64,000 nt of DNA. It comes from Clostridia bacterium. GTDB taxonomy: Bacteria; Bacillota; Clostridia; TANB77; CAG-508. The stretch is taken from contig JAFWKV010000001.1 of assembly GCA_017511265.1 (NCBI GenBank), positions 64,553 through 128,552 on the forward strand, written 5' to 3'. Under the pieces are notes generated by a model. It saw only the letters and a list, made by a program, of their open reading frames with translations. It made no database searches and was not told the DNA's origin. Within the stretch, counting starts at the first letter, position 1, and every line of letters starts with the position of its first letter. The position numbers and the translations under genes are program-made. Shown here one piece after another: positions 1 through 11,124 of the stretch.

Positions 1-891
1 TTTAAATAGATGATCCCTTCCTCCAAATTCAACCCTTGAGCCTATTGCTAACATTTGATTATATCCATTTTTTTGAAGGATTTCTCCTAATCCCATAGCC
101 CCTGGTAAAAAGCTTTTATAATCACCATAGGAATTGCGGTCTATTGGTATTTTTAGTGGTAATCCAAGCGTTTGTGCTGTCATGGCACCTGTCGTCCATG
201 TTGCACCTGGTAATGCATACAATCCTTTAAAAGTATCTGAATTTGAAAATACTATATTCTCTTTTGCTAATTCCTCTAAATCTTCAATTAAGCTATCTTC
301 AAAAGCTCCTCCATTTTCTTTTGAATAAAATGTTGCTTCCATTGACTCTAAGTATATATATATTAAGTTTCTTTTTTCTTCTGGAAACAATATGTTAACA
401 TCTTTTGTATTGATATATTCATTTTTTATTAATGTAGATTCAGATAATATTTGACGTACATATTGTATAAAATCAGTTTTTTGTATTGTATATGTAAAAC
501 TAATAATTAATACTATTAATGATGAAATCAATTTACCTATATATTTTTTGTCTATTCTACATTTTTTGTATACTGTTAATCTCTTTTCATTTACTCCCTT
601 CATTCTTTTGGGATATATTTTTTTTACTCTTTTTTTAAAAATAAAGCATATTAGTGTAAAAGTTATAATAGTACATAAAAGTATATATGGGAGTGCATTT
701 TGTGCATAATCATAATAATAATCTGTATTTGCATTTGTTAGTGGCACATTTATTTGAAACATTATTTCTTCTAGTCCAATATTTCCAAAATTTTTAAATA
801 TCCAGTTCATTGAAAATGCTAATGTATATGAAAACAATATTATTATGAAAACCAATACTTGTTTAATTATGTTTATTGTTTTTTTTATCAT
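1..891 (-). CDS. LtaS/sulfatase-family phosphoglycerol transferase (GacH-like), partial: C-terminus lies beyond the window edge
   Basis: Hand translation of minus strand (absent from ORF track because open at the edge). ATG at 891-889 follows AGAGG. TM-rich N-terminus (MIKKTINIIKQVLVFIIILF...), then IYLESMEATF and LPGATWTTGAMTAQTLGLPLK, typical of LtaS-type ectodomains. Frame stays open to nt 1. Confidence 0.65.
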   Translation of the reverse strand, partial: MIKKTINIIKQVLVFIIILFSYTLAFSMNWIFKNFGNIGLEEIMFQINVPLTNANTDYYYDYAQNALPYILLCTIITFTLICFIFKKRVKKIYPKRMKGVNEKRLTVYKKCRIDKKYIGKLISSLIVLIISFTYTIQKTDFIQYVRQILSESTLIKNEYINTKDVNILFPEEKRNLIYIYLESMEATFYSKENGGAFEDSLIEDLEELAKENIVFSNSDTFKGLYALPGATWTTGAMTAQTLGLPLKIPIDRNSYGDYKSFLPGAMGLGEILQKNGYNQMLAIGSRVEFGGRDHLFK

Positions 892-1012
892 TTTTTTCAA
901 ACCTCTTATTTCAACATACTTCACAAACTTTATTATACTATTTTTTTGTTTAATAGTCAATAATTTTAGAGGTTTTAATTTACATAATTCAAGTGGTGCT
1001 ACTTTATGATTA

Positions 1013-2800
1013 TTACTCTGTTTTATTATCTACATCTGCTATAGCAGGTATTGCAATCATAATTGGTAATGCATACGCTAATACAAATACATATCTTAAA
1101 CTAAATGCTACTGGAGTTGAAATCATAATTGTAATCCAAGTTAATATTGCTGGTAACAAAGAAATTATATACTTTGTTTTTCCGTTGATTATAAGAATAG
1201 CTATTATTAAAAGCATTATCCAAAACAATGTTCCACTGCCAATGTAAGTAGGCTCTTTAAAATATTTTTCAATTGAATGTCCAAAATATTTTTCAATTAA
1301 GTCAACTCTATGAATATTATAATCATTATTTGATTCTATTTTATCCCATATTATATAAGTATCTGCTAGCCCATACCAATTTTGCATATGTGTACTCCAA
1401 AAACCAAAAGTATTCATTAAATAAGCCTTGACATAGATACTAAAATTTGGAATTAGCATTTCTGCCCATACCTTAAAAAATTCTATTTTATTTTCATATA
1501 AAAAGTTTTTATTAAATTCAGGGTCCCATTTTACAGAATCAACAATCATCGGTTCATAAGTTTCCTTAAATTTTTCCTCTGGTAATAATTGATTTATAAA
1601 TTCTTTTTGTTTTTCAGTAATTTTTCCATCATATGCAACTGATCTTGCTATTTGTTGTAATGGTATTGCTACAGCTTCTTCAAATGGTGAATTTATGTTT
1701 AGTTTTGAATATACGGGTCCCTGTATTAATGCAATAAGTATAATAGTAGCACCTAATATAATATTAAACTTTAATGTTTTTTTTCTGTATACTAGTAATA
1801 AAATAATATATATACAAAATATAATCAAAAATCCATTATTTCTAAAAAAAGCAATAAGTAAGGAAAGAATTGTAAATCTAAAAATTGTAAATTTATTTTT
1901 TAACACTTCGCCATTACTTTTAACTACATCAAATAATAATAAAATCATTAAAAATAAAAATGAACAAAATAGTGGATCTTTCCACATAATAATAGCATAT
2001 CTAGCAAATATACTATTAGCTACAAAATATAACCAACTAAGTAAAATATAAATTAATTTAACATTTTTCTTTTTTAGCCATAGCATAGCATATCCTATTA
2101 TTCCCGACATAATTATAAGCTGAGTAAATGAATATAAAGCTACACCTAAATTATAGTTGTTAAATGCTCTACCTATTCTCATAAAAAATCCTACATAGAT
2201 TGAATATAATACCGGATGATGATTATTTAGTAGGCTGTAATTTAGCCCTTGTGCTATTGATGCTGTCGAATCCCCTAAAACTGATCCTGGTGCATACGTT
2301 AAAAAAAATGGTGACCAACAAGTAATTGTAATTATAGTAAAAATAGTCCAAAATAATAAATCATTTTTTAGGGTTGTTTTTTCTGTATTGTTAACTGTTA
2401 ATATATTAATTTTTCTTGTTGCTATCATTATTCCTATATTTAAGCATACTATATAACTTATTATAAATACAAGTACAAGTTTTAATAAATCAGTTGCCTC
2501 AAATTCAAGAAATACATTCTTTATATATGAGTCTCCTACATCTCCAGTAAAAACTATTTTATTATCTAAAATAATAGCTATATCTATAAGAAAAGAAAAA
2601 ATCCCTAAAACTATTGCAATTTTCTTACTTCTTAATAAATAACCATTTTTAATGATATTTTCTATAGCAATTATTAGAAAGAATGTGCATATAACTATAT
2701 AAATAGGATTATTAGGAATATTGAACATACAGAATACTAATTTTGATACTATTGTGCTTATTAAAAAAACTATTATTGTTTGTAAATTTTTATTTCTCAT
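1013..2800 (-). CDS. Polytopic membrane protein, putative GT-C-type glycosyltransferase (GtrC/YfhO-like position)
   Basis: 595-aa ORF with many predicted TM helices, immediately downstream of GtrB-like and GtrA-like genes. Function inferred from gene order only. Confidence 0.5.
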   Translation of the reverse strand: MRNKNLQTIIVFLISTIVSKLVFCMFNIPNNPIYIVICTFFLIIAIENIIKNGYLLRSKKIAIVLGIFSFLIDIAIILDNKIVFTGDVGDSYIKNVFLEFEATDLLKLVLVFIISYIVCLNIGIMIATRKINILTVNNTEKTTLKNDLLFWTIFTIITITCWSPFFLTYAPGSVLGDSTASIAQGLNYSLLNNHHPVLYSIYVGFFMRIGRAFNNYNLGVALYSFTQLIIMSGIIGYAMLWLKKKNVKLIYILLSWLYFVANSIFARYAIIMWKDPLFCSFLFLMILLLFDVVKSNGEVLKNKFTIFRFTILSLLIAFFRNNGFLIIFCIYIILLLVYRKKTLKFNIILGATIILIALIQGPVYSKLNINSPFEEAVAIPLQQIARSVAYDGKITEKQKEFINQLLPEEKFKETYEPMIVDSVKWDPEFNKNFLYENKIEFFKVWAEMLIPNFSIYVKAYLMNTFGFWSTHMQNWYGLADTYIIWDKIESNNDYNIHRVDLIEKYFGHSIEKYFKEPTYIGSGTLFWIMLLIIAILIINGKTKYIISLLPAILTWITIMISTPVAFSLRYVFVLAYALPIMIAIPAIADVDNKTE

Positions 2801-2815
2801 AACTTTTATTTTCTC

Positions 2816-3226
2816 CTATTTAAATGCAAAATATTTACTTATAAAAAAGTTCAGTATTACTACTAAGACAGTTATTATTCCTTTACTAATAATATTAGGT
2901 ATTGGAAATTTAAAAAGAATATATCCTCCTACAAATTCAACTATCATAGTAAAAGCTCTTCCAGCCATAAATTTTATGAATTCTTTTAATTTTTTATCTA
3001 ATGTGTTTGCATTTGAATGAAATACCATATCTTTATTTGTTAAATATGCCAATATAACAGCTACAAATATAGCAATAATATTTGATACATTTTCATTCCA
3101 TTTTAATATATTAGCCATTATATAAAAAGCGACAAAATTTACAATTGTTGTAAGCACTCCAAATAGAATATATAATATTACATCTTTTACCAGTAATTTT
3201 CTAATAATTCTTTTTATTTTATCCAT
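2816..3226 (-). CDS. GtrA-family membrane protein (lipid-linked sugar translocation)
   Basis: 136 aa with 4 TM segments; sequence pattern VILYILFGVLTTIVNFVAFYI...LTNKDMVFHS resembles the GtrA family; lies between GT2 and GT-C-like genes. Confidence 0.75.
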   Translation of the reverse strand: MDKIKRIIRKLLVKDVILYILFGVLTTIVNFVAFYIMANILKWNENVSNIIAIFVAVILAYLTNKDMVFHSNANTLDKKLKEFIKFMAGRAFTMIVEFVGGYILFKFPIPNIISKGIITVLVVILNFFISKYFAFK

Positions 3227-3260
3227 ATTTCTCTATGCTAGTATTGTTATACTTTCCTTT

Positions 3261-4199
3261 CTATTTTTTTAAGTTTTTAAACTTATCCTCATATTCATTT
3301 AATTTTATTTCAAAATCTTGTTTGCCTTTATTAACTATTGTTTGCAATACAAGTCCTCCAAAGAAAGATTGAATACCACATATAAAAAAGAATATACTTG
3401 CAACAAATGATGGCATTTTAGGTACTAAACCTGTTTGTACATAATCAATTAATACTGGTAATAAAAAAACTGTTCCTACTAAACATAAAAATACAGATAA
3501 CCATGTAAAAAAAGAAAAAGGCTTGTAGTTTTTATATAATTTTACTATTGTTTTTATAACTTTAAACCCATCTGAATATGTATTCAATTTTGATTCACTT
3601 CCATCAGGCCTATCTCTATATTCAATTATTATATTTTCTACTCCCATATTTTTGTCTAGTGTATGAATTGTCATTTCTGTCTCTATTTCAAATCCTTTTG
3701 ATAGTATTGGAAATGTTTTTACAAATTCATAGCTAAATGCTCTATATCCTGTCATTACATCTCTAATGTCACTCTTGTAAATCATATTTATTAGTTTTCT
3801 TACCAATACATTTCCTGTATTATGAAACGGTCTTTTATTCTCTGTAAAATATGTTGAAGAAAGTCTATCTCCTATAACCATATCAACATTTCTTTCTAAT
3901 ACAGCATTACACATTTCTCTTGCATATTCAGCAGGATATGTATCATCACCATCTGTCATTATATAACACTCTGCATCAATTTCACGAAACATAGTTCTAA
4001 TAACGTTTCCTTTTCCTTGCTTTCTTTCATATCTAACTATTGCTCCAGCATCTTTAGCTATTTTGTCAGTTTCATCTTTAGAATTATTATCATATACATA
4101 TATTGTTGCTTCTGGTAATGCACTCTTAAAATCCTCTACTACTTTTTTTATTGTTTTACTTTCATTATAACATGGTATCAATACTGCTATTTTATCCAT
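3261..4199 (-). CDS. GT2 polyprenyl-phosphate glycosyltransferase (GtrB/CsbB-like)
   Basis: N-terminus IAVLIPCYNESKTI, DNNSKDET and TDGDDTYP (DXD) motifs of the GT2/DPM1-like fold, plus two C-terminal TM helices. Confidence 0.85.
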   Translation of the reverse strand: MDKIAVLIPCYNESKTIKKVVEDFKSALPEATIYVYDNNSKDETDKIAKDAGAIVRYERKQGKGNVIRTMFREIDAECYIMTDGDDTYPAEYAREMCNAVLERNVDMVIGDRLSSTYFTENKRPFHNTGNVLVRKLINMIYKSDIRDVMTGYRAFSYEFVKTFPILSKGFEIETEMTIHTLDKNMGVENIIIEYRDRPDGSESKLNTYSDGFKVIKTIVKLYKNYKPFSFFTWLSVFLCLVGTVFLLPVLIDYVQTGLVPKMPSFVASIFFFICGIQSFFGGLVLQTIVNKGKQDFEIKLNEYEDKFKNLKK

Positions 4200-4225
4200 T
4201 TCAACTTTTCCTTTCTCTTTTATTT

Positions 4226-4870
4226 TTAATGTTTCCCTTTGTTCTGTTTTTTCGTCCTTATAACAACTATTGCTACTAAAGCAATCACTATACTTAAAGC
4301 TGTATAAATTATTATATTATTGTTTCTTTTGTCCTCTTCTGTTTGCACATTTTCTGTATTAGGATTTTCTAAGTTATTTGAATTGATGTTTTCTATGTCT
4401 GTATTTTTTTCACTATTTTCTTTTGAAATTGTTTCATCATTTCCTATTTTAATTATATATGTTCTTACAGTTCCTGACTCCGCAGTTACGTCTATTCTAT
4501 ATTCTTCTTTTCCTTGTTCTATTTTTAAGGTGCCTATTCCCTCAACTTTTGCTTTGTCATCATCTGTTTTTGCCTTAATTGTTATTTCTTCTGACTTTAT
4601 TTTTTCTCTAACGATATATTCTAATGTTTGTTTATCAAAGTTAGGGGTAAGCTCATACCCCTCAACTTCTAAATATTCTAAATAATTATTTGTTGATTTA
4701 CCGATAGATGGTTCTTCTTTTTTTTGTTCTTCTATTAATTTATTTGTATCTTCTGCTGCTTGTTCATCACTATAATCAGCAAAAGCTGCAAATACTTTGC
4801 AAAAGTAGTTTATGCTTGATATATTTATAATTACTAAAAATAGAATTAACAATTTTTGAAATATTTTCAT
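4226..4870 (-). CDS. Secreted, C-terminally membrane-anchored protein with cadherin-like beta-sandwich domain
   Basis: Signal peptide. LEYLEVEGYELTPNFDKQTLEYIV...YRIDVTAESGTVRTYIIKI matches the cadherin-like beta-sandwich pattern. C-terminal hydrophobic helix followed by RTKKQNKGKH. Confidence 0.5.
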   Translation of the reverse strand: MKIFQKLLILFLVIINISSINYFCKVFAAFADYSDEQAAEDTNKLIEEQKKEEPSIGKSTNNYLEYLEVEGYELTPNFDKQTLEYIVREKIKSEEITIKAKTDDDKAKVEGIGTLKIEQGKEEYRIDVTAESGTVRTYIIKIGNDETISKENSEKNTDIENINSNNLENPNTENVQTEEDKRNNNIIIYTALSIVIALVAIVVIRTKKQNKGKH

Positions 4871-4895
4871 TTTTATACTTCCTTAGTTTATATTA

Positions 4896-7802
4896 TTATC
4901 TTGTTAAAAACTTTGACGGCATAAATGCTTGTCTACCATCATTTAGTTGTATTCTAAGCCAATCAAATCCATCTATATTGTTATATGTACCTTGATTAAT
5001 TACAGTAACACTCGTTCCATCTGACAATGCTGTTATTTTGTCCAAACGTGTACTAGGTCCTACTCTAACATTACATCCAATTCCATCAGCTGTTTTTACT
5101 TTTGCTGTGTAATTACAGTTTGTTACATCTGCCACTTGTTTTAAGTAAGTACCAGACATATAGCCTATGGTTCCATCTGTCATTATTACTTTTTGCCAAT
5201 TACTATTTATTCCTCTTTGTACTGATAATACAATTTCTCCCTGTGCAACTGTTCTTAATTTTTCTGAATTTGTATCAGCCTCTTTTCTAAGTCTTAATCC
5301 TCCATTGGCAGTTATTTGTACATTAATAGGTGATGTTTCAGAATTATTTGTTGGTAGTTGTGAACCTTTGTTATCTATATTATCAATATTTTCATACAGT
5401 GGTATAACAAATGTAAATCCTGAATCAATTTTTCCTGTATTTACATACATTCCCCTTAATGTTCTAGCTTCACTGTATGCTGCCATTAGATTTTGCATAT
5501 ATTGATGTTGATATAATGGCGTTCCATTTTGTTTATCAATATCAAATTTATTTTGATATAGAGTATTTTGGTAATTCTCTAACCAATTATCCTTGCAGAA
5601 AGATATTCCTCCTTCTAATGCTTTTTGCATCGTATCCCATCCATATGCCTTTGCTTTTGCTAATGCATTATTATATATTGCAGTTTTTCCATTTCCTGAA
5701 GCACCTATATTAAATGGATTATAATACGTCTTTCCATCTCCTCCATTCATTCCTGTTCCTATTGTTGTTCCTTTAGTTCCTTGCTCCTGAATAACTCTTG
5801 CAATTATGTAGTATGGATTTACATTTTGATTTTTGCATGCATTATCAATTGCTGCTGCATAATTTGCTAAAAATGTATTCGAGACTTTTTGTTGTATTCC
5901 TTCTAATGTGCAAATTCCTTGCAAATATTCATTTAGTTTTTGGAATTGGAATACATTTGTATCATCTAAAAAATTACGTGGATCCATATAGTATGCTATT
6001 GCTTTTTCAGAAGCACAATACCAGCCGCTATCATAAAGCTTTGTTCCACATATTGGACAAACCCATTCTCCTGAATAAGATGAAGGCACCAAGTTTCTTG
6101 AATGAACTGCATATTCTCCCTTTATTGCTTCATCAAATGTAAGTCCTGTATATAATAGTTCGAAGTTCCATTCAGGATGTAAATTAATTAACCCTTCTAT
6201 TTTTTCCTTATATCCCGGATATTTTGAAATATCTATTGTGTTTACAATAGCAGATGGTTTTATAAATTTAAATTTTTGAGCATTTGTTCCATTTCCATCA
6301 TATACTTGTATATTGTTGCCATTGTATGCCATTCCAGCTCCTAAATCTAAATATAACTGGTTGCATTTTGATATTATTGAATACGTGTCATCTGAATTTT
6401 TTTGTATTATCCATTTTTGAGCATCTGTATTGTTGTATTCATACTGCCATACATTGGTTCCAGCTTTTTTTAATCCACAATATACATCTAATACTTTGTT
6501 TGAGCATTGTGCTGTTATTACGTAATAGCCATCAATATATTCTACTTTAAATTTTTGGCTGGTTGTTGAATTTTTTTCATATATCTGAACATTAGCCTCA
6601 TTTTCTTTCGAACCTCCACTAACATCTAATACATAATTGCTTGATACTGCTGTTTCTATTATATATGTTCCATCTTCTATTGTTTTGTGACTTTCAATTT
6701 GTTTTTGTTCTTCTTTTATTGGTTCCACACTAATATTGTTGTTTTCTCTTTTTTCTTCTTTTTCTATTTTTTCTGTATCTTCACTTTGGTCATTGTCTTC
6801 AACATTTTCAAGAATAAACTTCTGAGCTTTTGTTCCATTTCCATTATATACCTGTATATTGCTTCCATTTTGTGCTAAGCCACAATCTACATCTAGACAT
6901 AATCCATTACATTTTGATATTATTGAATATGTGTTATCTGAATTTTTTTGTATTATCCATTTTTGGGCATCCGAGTTATTAAATTCATATTGCCATACAT
7001 TAGTTCCTGCAGTTTTTTGTGCTGCATATACATCTAATACTTTATTTGAACCAATTGATGTTATTTTGTAATATCTATTATCTATCTTTTCTATTTTCCA
7101 TTTTTGGGCATTTGTGTCATTTCTTTCATATAATTGCACATTAGCACCATCGGTTTTTGCCCCCCCATTTACATCTAATACATAATCTTGGTTTAATGCT
7201 GATTTTATTATATACGTCTCTTCAGCTATGTCTGCTGAAATCGTATTTTTTGAATTTAATGACTCTATATAGTATTTTTGTGCTTTTGTTCCGTTTCCAT
7301 CATATACTTGTATGTTTCCTCCATTTTGTGCTATTCCACAATCAAGATCTAAACATAATCCATTACATTTCGATATAATTGAATATGTGTTATCAGCATT
7401 TTTCTGTATAGTCCATTTTTGAGCATCCGAGTTATTAAATTCATATTGCCATACATTAGTTCCTGCAGTTTTTTGTGCTGCATATACATCTAATACTTTA
7501 TTTGAACCAACTGATGTTATTTTGTAATATCTATTATCTATCTTTTCTATTTTCCATTTTTGGGCGTTTGTATCATTTCTTTCATATAATTGCACATTGG
7601 CTTCATTTGCTTTAGATCCACCGTCTACATCTAACACATAGTCTTGATTCACTGATGATTTTATGATATATACTCCTTCTTCTATGTCTTGTGTGCTTAT
7701 ATTTTCTCCTGCAAAAGAAATAATAGCATTAATACTAAGTATTTGAAATAAAACAAATACTATTAATGCTATTATTGACTTTGTTTTTATATTATCTTTC
7801 AT
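4896..7802 (-). CDS. Cell-wall hydrolase: three ricin-type (QxW) beta-trefoil lectin modules, GH73-like N-acetylglucosaminidase, two SH3b domains
   Basis: Likely start is ATG 7802, preceded by AAGGAGGG; signal peptide follows. Repeated ...NAQKW...YSIISKCNGLCLD... trefoil units. NPYYIIARVIQEQG...YNPFNIGA glucosaminidase-like block. C-terminal SH3b-like repeats (GYMSGTYLK, RQAFMPSKFL). Confidence 0.7.
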   Translation of the reverse strand: MKDNIKTKSIIALIVFVLFQILSINAIISFAGENISTQDIEEGVYIIKSSVNQDYVLDVDGGSKANEANVQLYERNDTNAQKWKIEKIDNRYYKITSVGSNKVLDVYAAQKTAGTNVWQYEFNNSDAQKWTIQKNADNTYSIISKCNGLCLDLDCGIAQNGGNIQVYDGNGTKAQKYYIESLNSKNTISADIAEETYIIKSALNQDYVLDVNGGAKTDGANVQLYERNDTNAQKWKIEKIDNRYYKITSIGSNKVLDVYAAQKTAGTNVWQYEFNNSDAQKWIIQKNSDNTYSIISKCNGLCLDVDCGLAQNGSNIQVYNGNGTKAQKFILENVEDNDQSEDTEKIEKEEKRENNNISVEPIKEEQKQIESHKTIEDGTYIIETAVSSNYVLDVSGGSKENEANVQIYEKNSTTSQKFKVEYIDGYYVITAQCSNKVLDVYCGLKKAGTNVWQYEYNNTDAQKWIIQKNSDDTYSIISKCNQLYLDLGAGMAYNGNNIQVYDGNGTNAQKFKFIKPSAIVNTIDISKYPGYKEKIEGLINLHPEWNFELLYTGLTFDEAIKGEYAVHSRNLVPSSYSGEWVCPICGTKLYDSGWYCASEKAIAYYMDPRNFLDDTNVFQFQKLNEYLQGICTLEGIQQKVSNTFLANYAAAIDNACKNQNVNPYYIIARVIQEQGTKGTTIGTGMNGGDGKTYYNPFNIGASGNGKTAIYNNALAKAKAYGWDTMQKALEGGISFCKDNWLENYQNTLYQNKFDIDKQNGTPLYQHQYMQNLMAAYSEARTLRGMYVNTGKIDSGFTFVIPLYENIDNIDNKGSQLPTNNSETSPINVQITANGGLRLRKEADTNSEKLRTVAQGEIVLSVQRGINSNWQKVIMTDGTIGYMSGTYLKQVADVTNCNYTAKVKTADGIGCNVRVGPSTRLDKITALSDGTSVTVINQGTYNNIDGFDWLRIQLNDGRQAFMPSKFLTR
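6812..7723. repeat. Near-identical tandem duplication (period 456 bp) inside the lectin-hydrolase gene
   Basis: The block starting GAATATGTGTTATC at 6925 recurs at 7381, with only scattered substitutions over more than 200 nt. The encoded ~152-aa double-trefoil units differ at a handful of residues. Boundaries approximate. Confidence 0.85.
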
Positions 7803-7891
7803 TTGTATTTCCCTCCTTCTTTTGGTACAATCATATTTTATCATATAATGTAGAAAAAGGGAATACTTTTTTTATGGATATTTTAGGTAAA

Positions 7892-10800
7892 TTAATAATT
7901 TTTATAGCATATATTCATATCAACTACTGTATTTATACCAGGTATCCATCCAGAGCTTGTATATTGCCACATATCATATTTATTTCTATAATCTGTTTGT
8001 TTATCACTACTACCTGTATAATGAGCAACCCAAATATCATATCCTCCTAATTGTGATAAATCTAAATCATTATAAAACCAATATTTACTTGCATAAATTC
8101 CTGGTATATATCCAGCATTGCGTATTGTATCACAAAATGCCCTACATACGGCTGTTCTTGTGTATCTATCTAAGTTATCAGCTCTTCCTGGATTATCTGC
8201 TGCTGCTGTAGACCTTTCTGTATCTATGTATATTGGATATTTTAAATACAATCCATATTGCTTTGCTAAATTTATAACATAGTTTGCCTCTTCAACTGCT
8301 TCTTGTGTATTAACTGCTTGCGTATAAAAATATAAACCAATATCTACTTTATTTTCTTTTATTCCTGCAATATTTTCTTCAAAGTTGCTATCTGTTACTA
8401 TTTTTCCTGTTCTGTATCCTCTATATCCTGTTCTTATTATTGCATAATCTACATTTCCAAATCGTTTTACTATTTGCCAATTAATGTCACCATTGTAACT
8501 ACTAACATCTATACCTCTTCTGTTTAATAGTGTATTAAATTTAAACATTTGTGCTATAGAAGTATTTCCCTTATAAACATGTACATTAGTTCCGTTAGCA
8601 GTTCCATTTCCTACAACATCTAAATAAAATCCTATGGCTTTATTTTTTATTTTGTAATAACCATTTCCTGCAATTTCTATACTCCACTGCTGATTATCTT
8701 CATTTTTATCTGATGCTTGTACAACATTATTATTACCTAATGCAGTTAAAACTTTATTAGAATGTCTTGCGATAATTTTATAATAAATGCCATCTATATT
8801 TTCAAATGAATACACTTGTTGATTTACATTATCTTGAGTCCATATTTGTAAATTTGCATTTTCACTATTTGAACCACCATCAATGTCTAAACATTTATTT
8901 TCATCTTTTTTTATTGATACTTTATAATAATTTTCTTCGATTACAAGAGCTGGCTCAAAAATAAATTTTTGAGCTTTGCTTTCATTGCCTTCATATATTT
9001 GAACATTAGTACCATTCGTAGTTTTTCCTCCACTAATGTCTAAATATAAATTTGAATTCAATGCAACTATGTAATAGCTTCCATTATCTGCTTTTTGAAT
9101 CGCCCATCTTTGAGCTATAGTATTATTGCCCTGATACTGCATTACATTTGTTCCATCTGTTTTTCCATTTCCGCACACATCTATATATTTTCCTGAATTA
9201 ACTGATTGTATTGTATAATACTTTTCGCCATTGTTGTAAGTTACTTTATATTTTTGTTGTTGGACATATGCTCTATCCCATATTTGAAGATTTGCACTAT
9301 TATTAAAACTTCCACCTGATATATCTAAAACTTTATTATTGTTTAGCATTGAACTTATGGTATAATAACCATCTTCTATAGTTTTTTCACTATTTAGTTC
9401 ATTTTCTAGTTTTAGAAATTTAAATTTTTGAGCGTTTGTGTTATTACCTTCATACATTTGTAATTTTGTTCCATTTTCTGCTCTACCTCCTGGAACATCT
9501 AAATATAACGCATTGCATCTTGAAATTAAATAATAATAATCATTTTCTGCTTTTTTTATAATCCACTGTTGCATATTGGAACCATTTTCATCATTTTGTT
9601 GTATTTGTGCTCCATTTGAATGTGATCCATTTACTACCTCTAATGCTTTTTCTGATTTTAATGATTGAATTTTATAATACCCATCACCTATGTATGCAAC
9701 TTTAAAACCTTGGCTTTTATTTATAACTCCTAGTTTTTTAGCAATTTGAATTTTTTTGTTATTTGCTGTTGATTGACCTTCCATTTCTATAACTTTATCA
9801 TTATTGCATTTTGGTACTATATTGTAAATTCCATCATCTATTGTTTGTTCCCCAACATTTACTTCTGCTTTAAGAAATTTGAATTTTTGTGCTTTTGTAC
9901 CATTACCTTCATATGTTTGCACATTTGTTCCATTTTCTGTTCTAGCTCCACTAATATCTAAATATAATTCATTACATTTTGATATTATACTATAATATCC
10001 ATCTTCTGTTTTCTTTAAAACCCATCTTTGAGCATCTGTATTATTACTTTCATATTGTGCAACATTTGTTCCATTATCTTGTCCTGCAGCAGAAACATCT
10101 AATACTTTTCCTGAATGGATTGCTGTAATAATATATGCCTTTTTGCTAGAATCATAAGAAATATTAAATTTTTGATATTCTTTGTCAATTTTATCCCATA
10201 TATTTACATTAGAGTTATTTTCATAGTTGCCATTACCTACTCGTAATACCTTGTTTTTTGATAATGCAGAACAGATATAATAGTCTCCTTCTTGTAAAAT
10301 ATTTTCACATTGTAATTTTTCAACTTTATTAAGCATAAATTTTTGTGCATTAGTACCATTTTGTTCAAATATCTGTATATTTGAACCATCTTGAATATTT
10401 CCGCCATAAGATATCTAAACATTTATTAGTATTTTTTGAAATTATGTTATAATTTTGACTGTCTATCTTCTTTATTTCCCATTGTTGTGCTAAAGTACCA
10501 TTATACTCATATAATTGAACATTCGTATAGTTTTCTTTTCTTCCGGCATTCAATATCTAGCACTTTATTTCCTTGTAGTGCTTTTATAATATATGCCTTT
10601 TTTTCTTTATCATATATAATATAAAATTTTTGTTTTTTTAAATGTTTATTCGTCCCTATATTTATATTTGTTCCATTGCTATATGTAGTATTAGAAATAT
10701 TTATTATTTTACTATTGTCCACACTTGAGCAAATTTCATATATTCCATCTTCTATCGTTTTTTCTTCATTTTTTTGTTCAGCTAGCTTTTTATGTTCATC

Positions 10801-11109
10801 AATACTATCTTCACTTTCTTGATTCTCTGTTTCTTTTTGTTCATTATTATTAGTTTCTTCTTTTAACATTTCTTTTCTGTCTAAATTAACAAGTTCATCA
10901 CTGTTTACATTATTAAGACTATTCTCTATAGCTTCTTTCTTTTCTGTAGAACTTTCTTGGTTTAATTTAGTAGTTTCATCTATTTTTTCTTGTTCTTTAT
11001 TCTCTATATTTGTTTCTTTTGATTCAACGTTAGTTGCTAAACTTATTGGTGCTATTAAAAGTGAAATAATTAATACAATAATAGCAAAAGTGAACACTTT
11101 ATTTTTCAT
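7892..11109 (-). pseudogene. Ricin-lectin-repeat GH25 muramidase, interrupted by two frameshifts near the 5' end
   Basis: ORFs 10507-11109 (signal peptide, linker, first trefoil), 10365-10553 and 7892-10336 are consecutive pieces of one protein. The repeat consensus ...VLDI|NAGRKENYTNVQLYEYNG... resumes in another frame near 10549-10556, and ...KCLDI|SYGGNIQDGSNIQIFEQNG... near 10405-10418. C-terminus RGIDVSSYNGDINW...YIDTE is GH25-like. Confidence 0.75.
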
Positions 11110-11124
11110 ATATTTTTTCTCCTT

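Noticed and set aside
1695-2051. Numerous 60-180-aa antisense or overlapping ORFs in the track (e.g. 1695-2051, 11276-11692, 34480-35022, 51388-51834, 59811-60293, 63230-63691)
   Set aside because: All lie inside longer ORFs with clear family motifs on the opposite strand or in another frame. They have low-complexity I/F/L/S-rich translations typical of AT-rich non-coding frames and lack an RBS.
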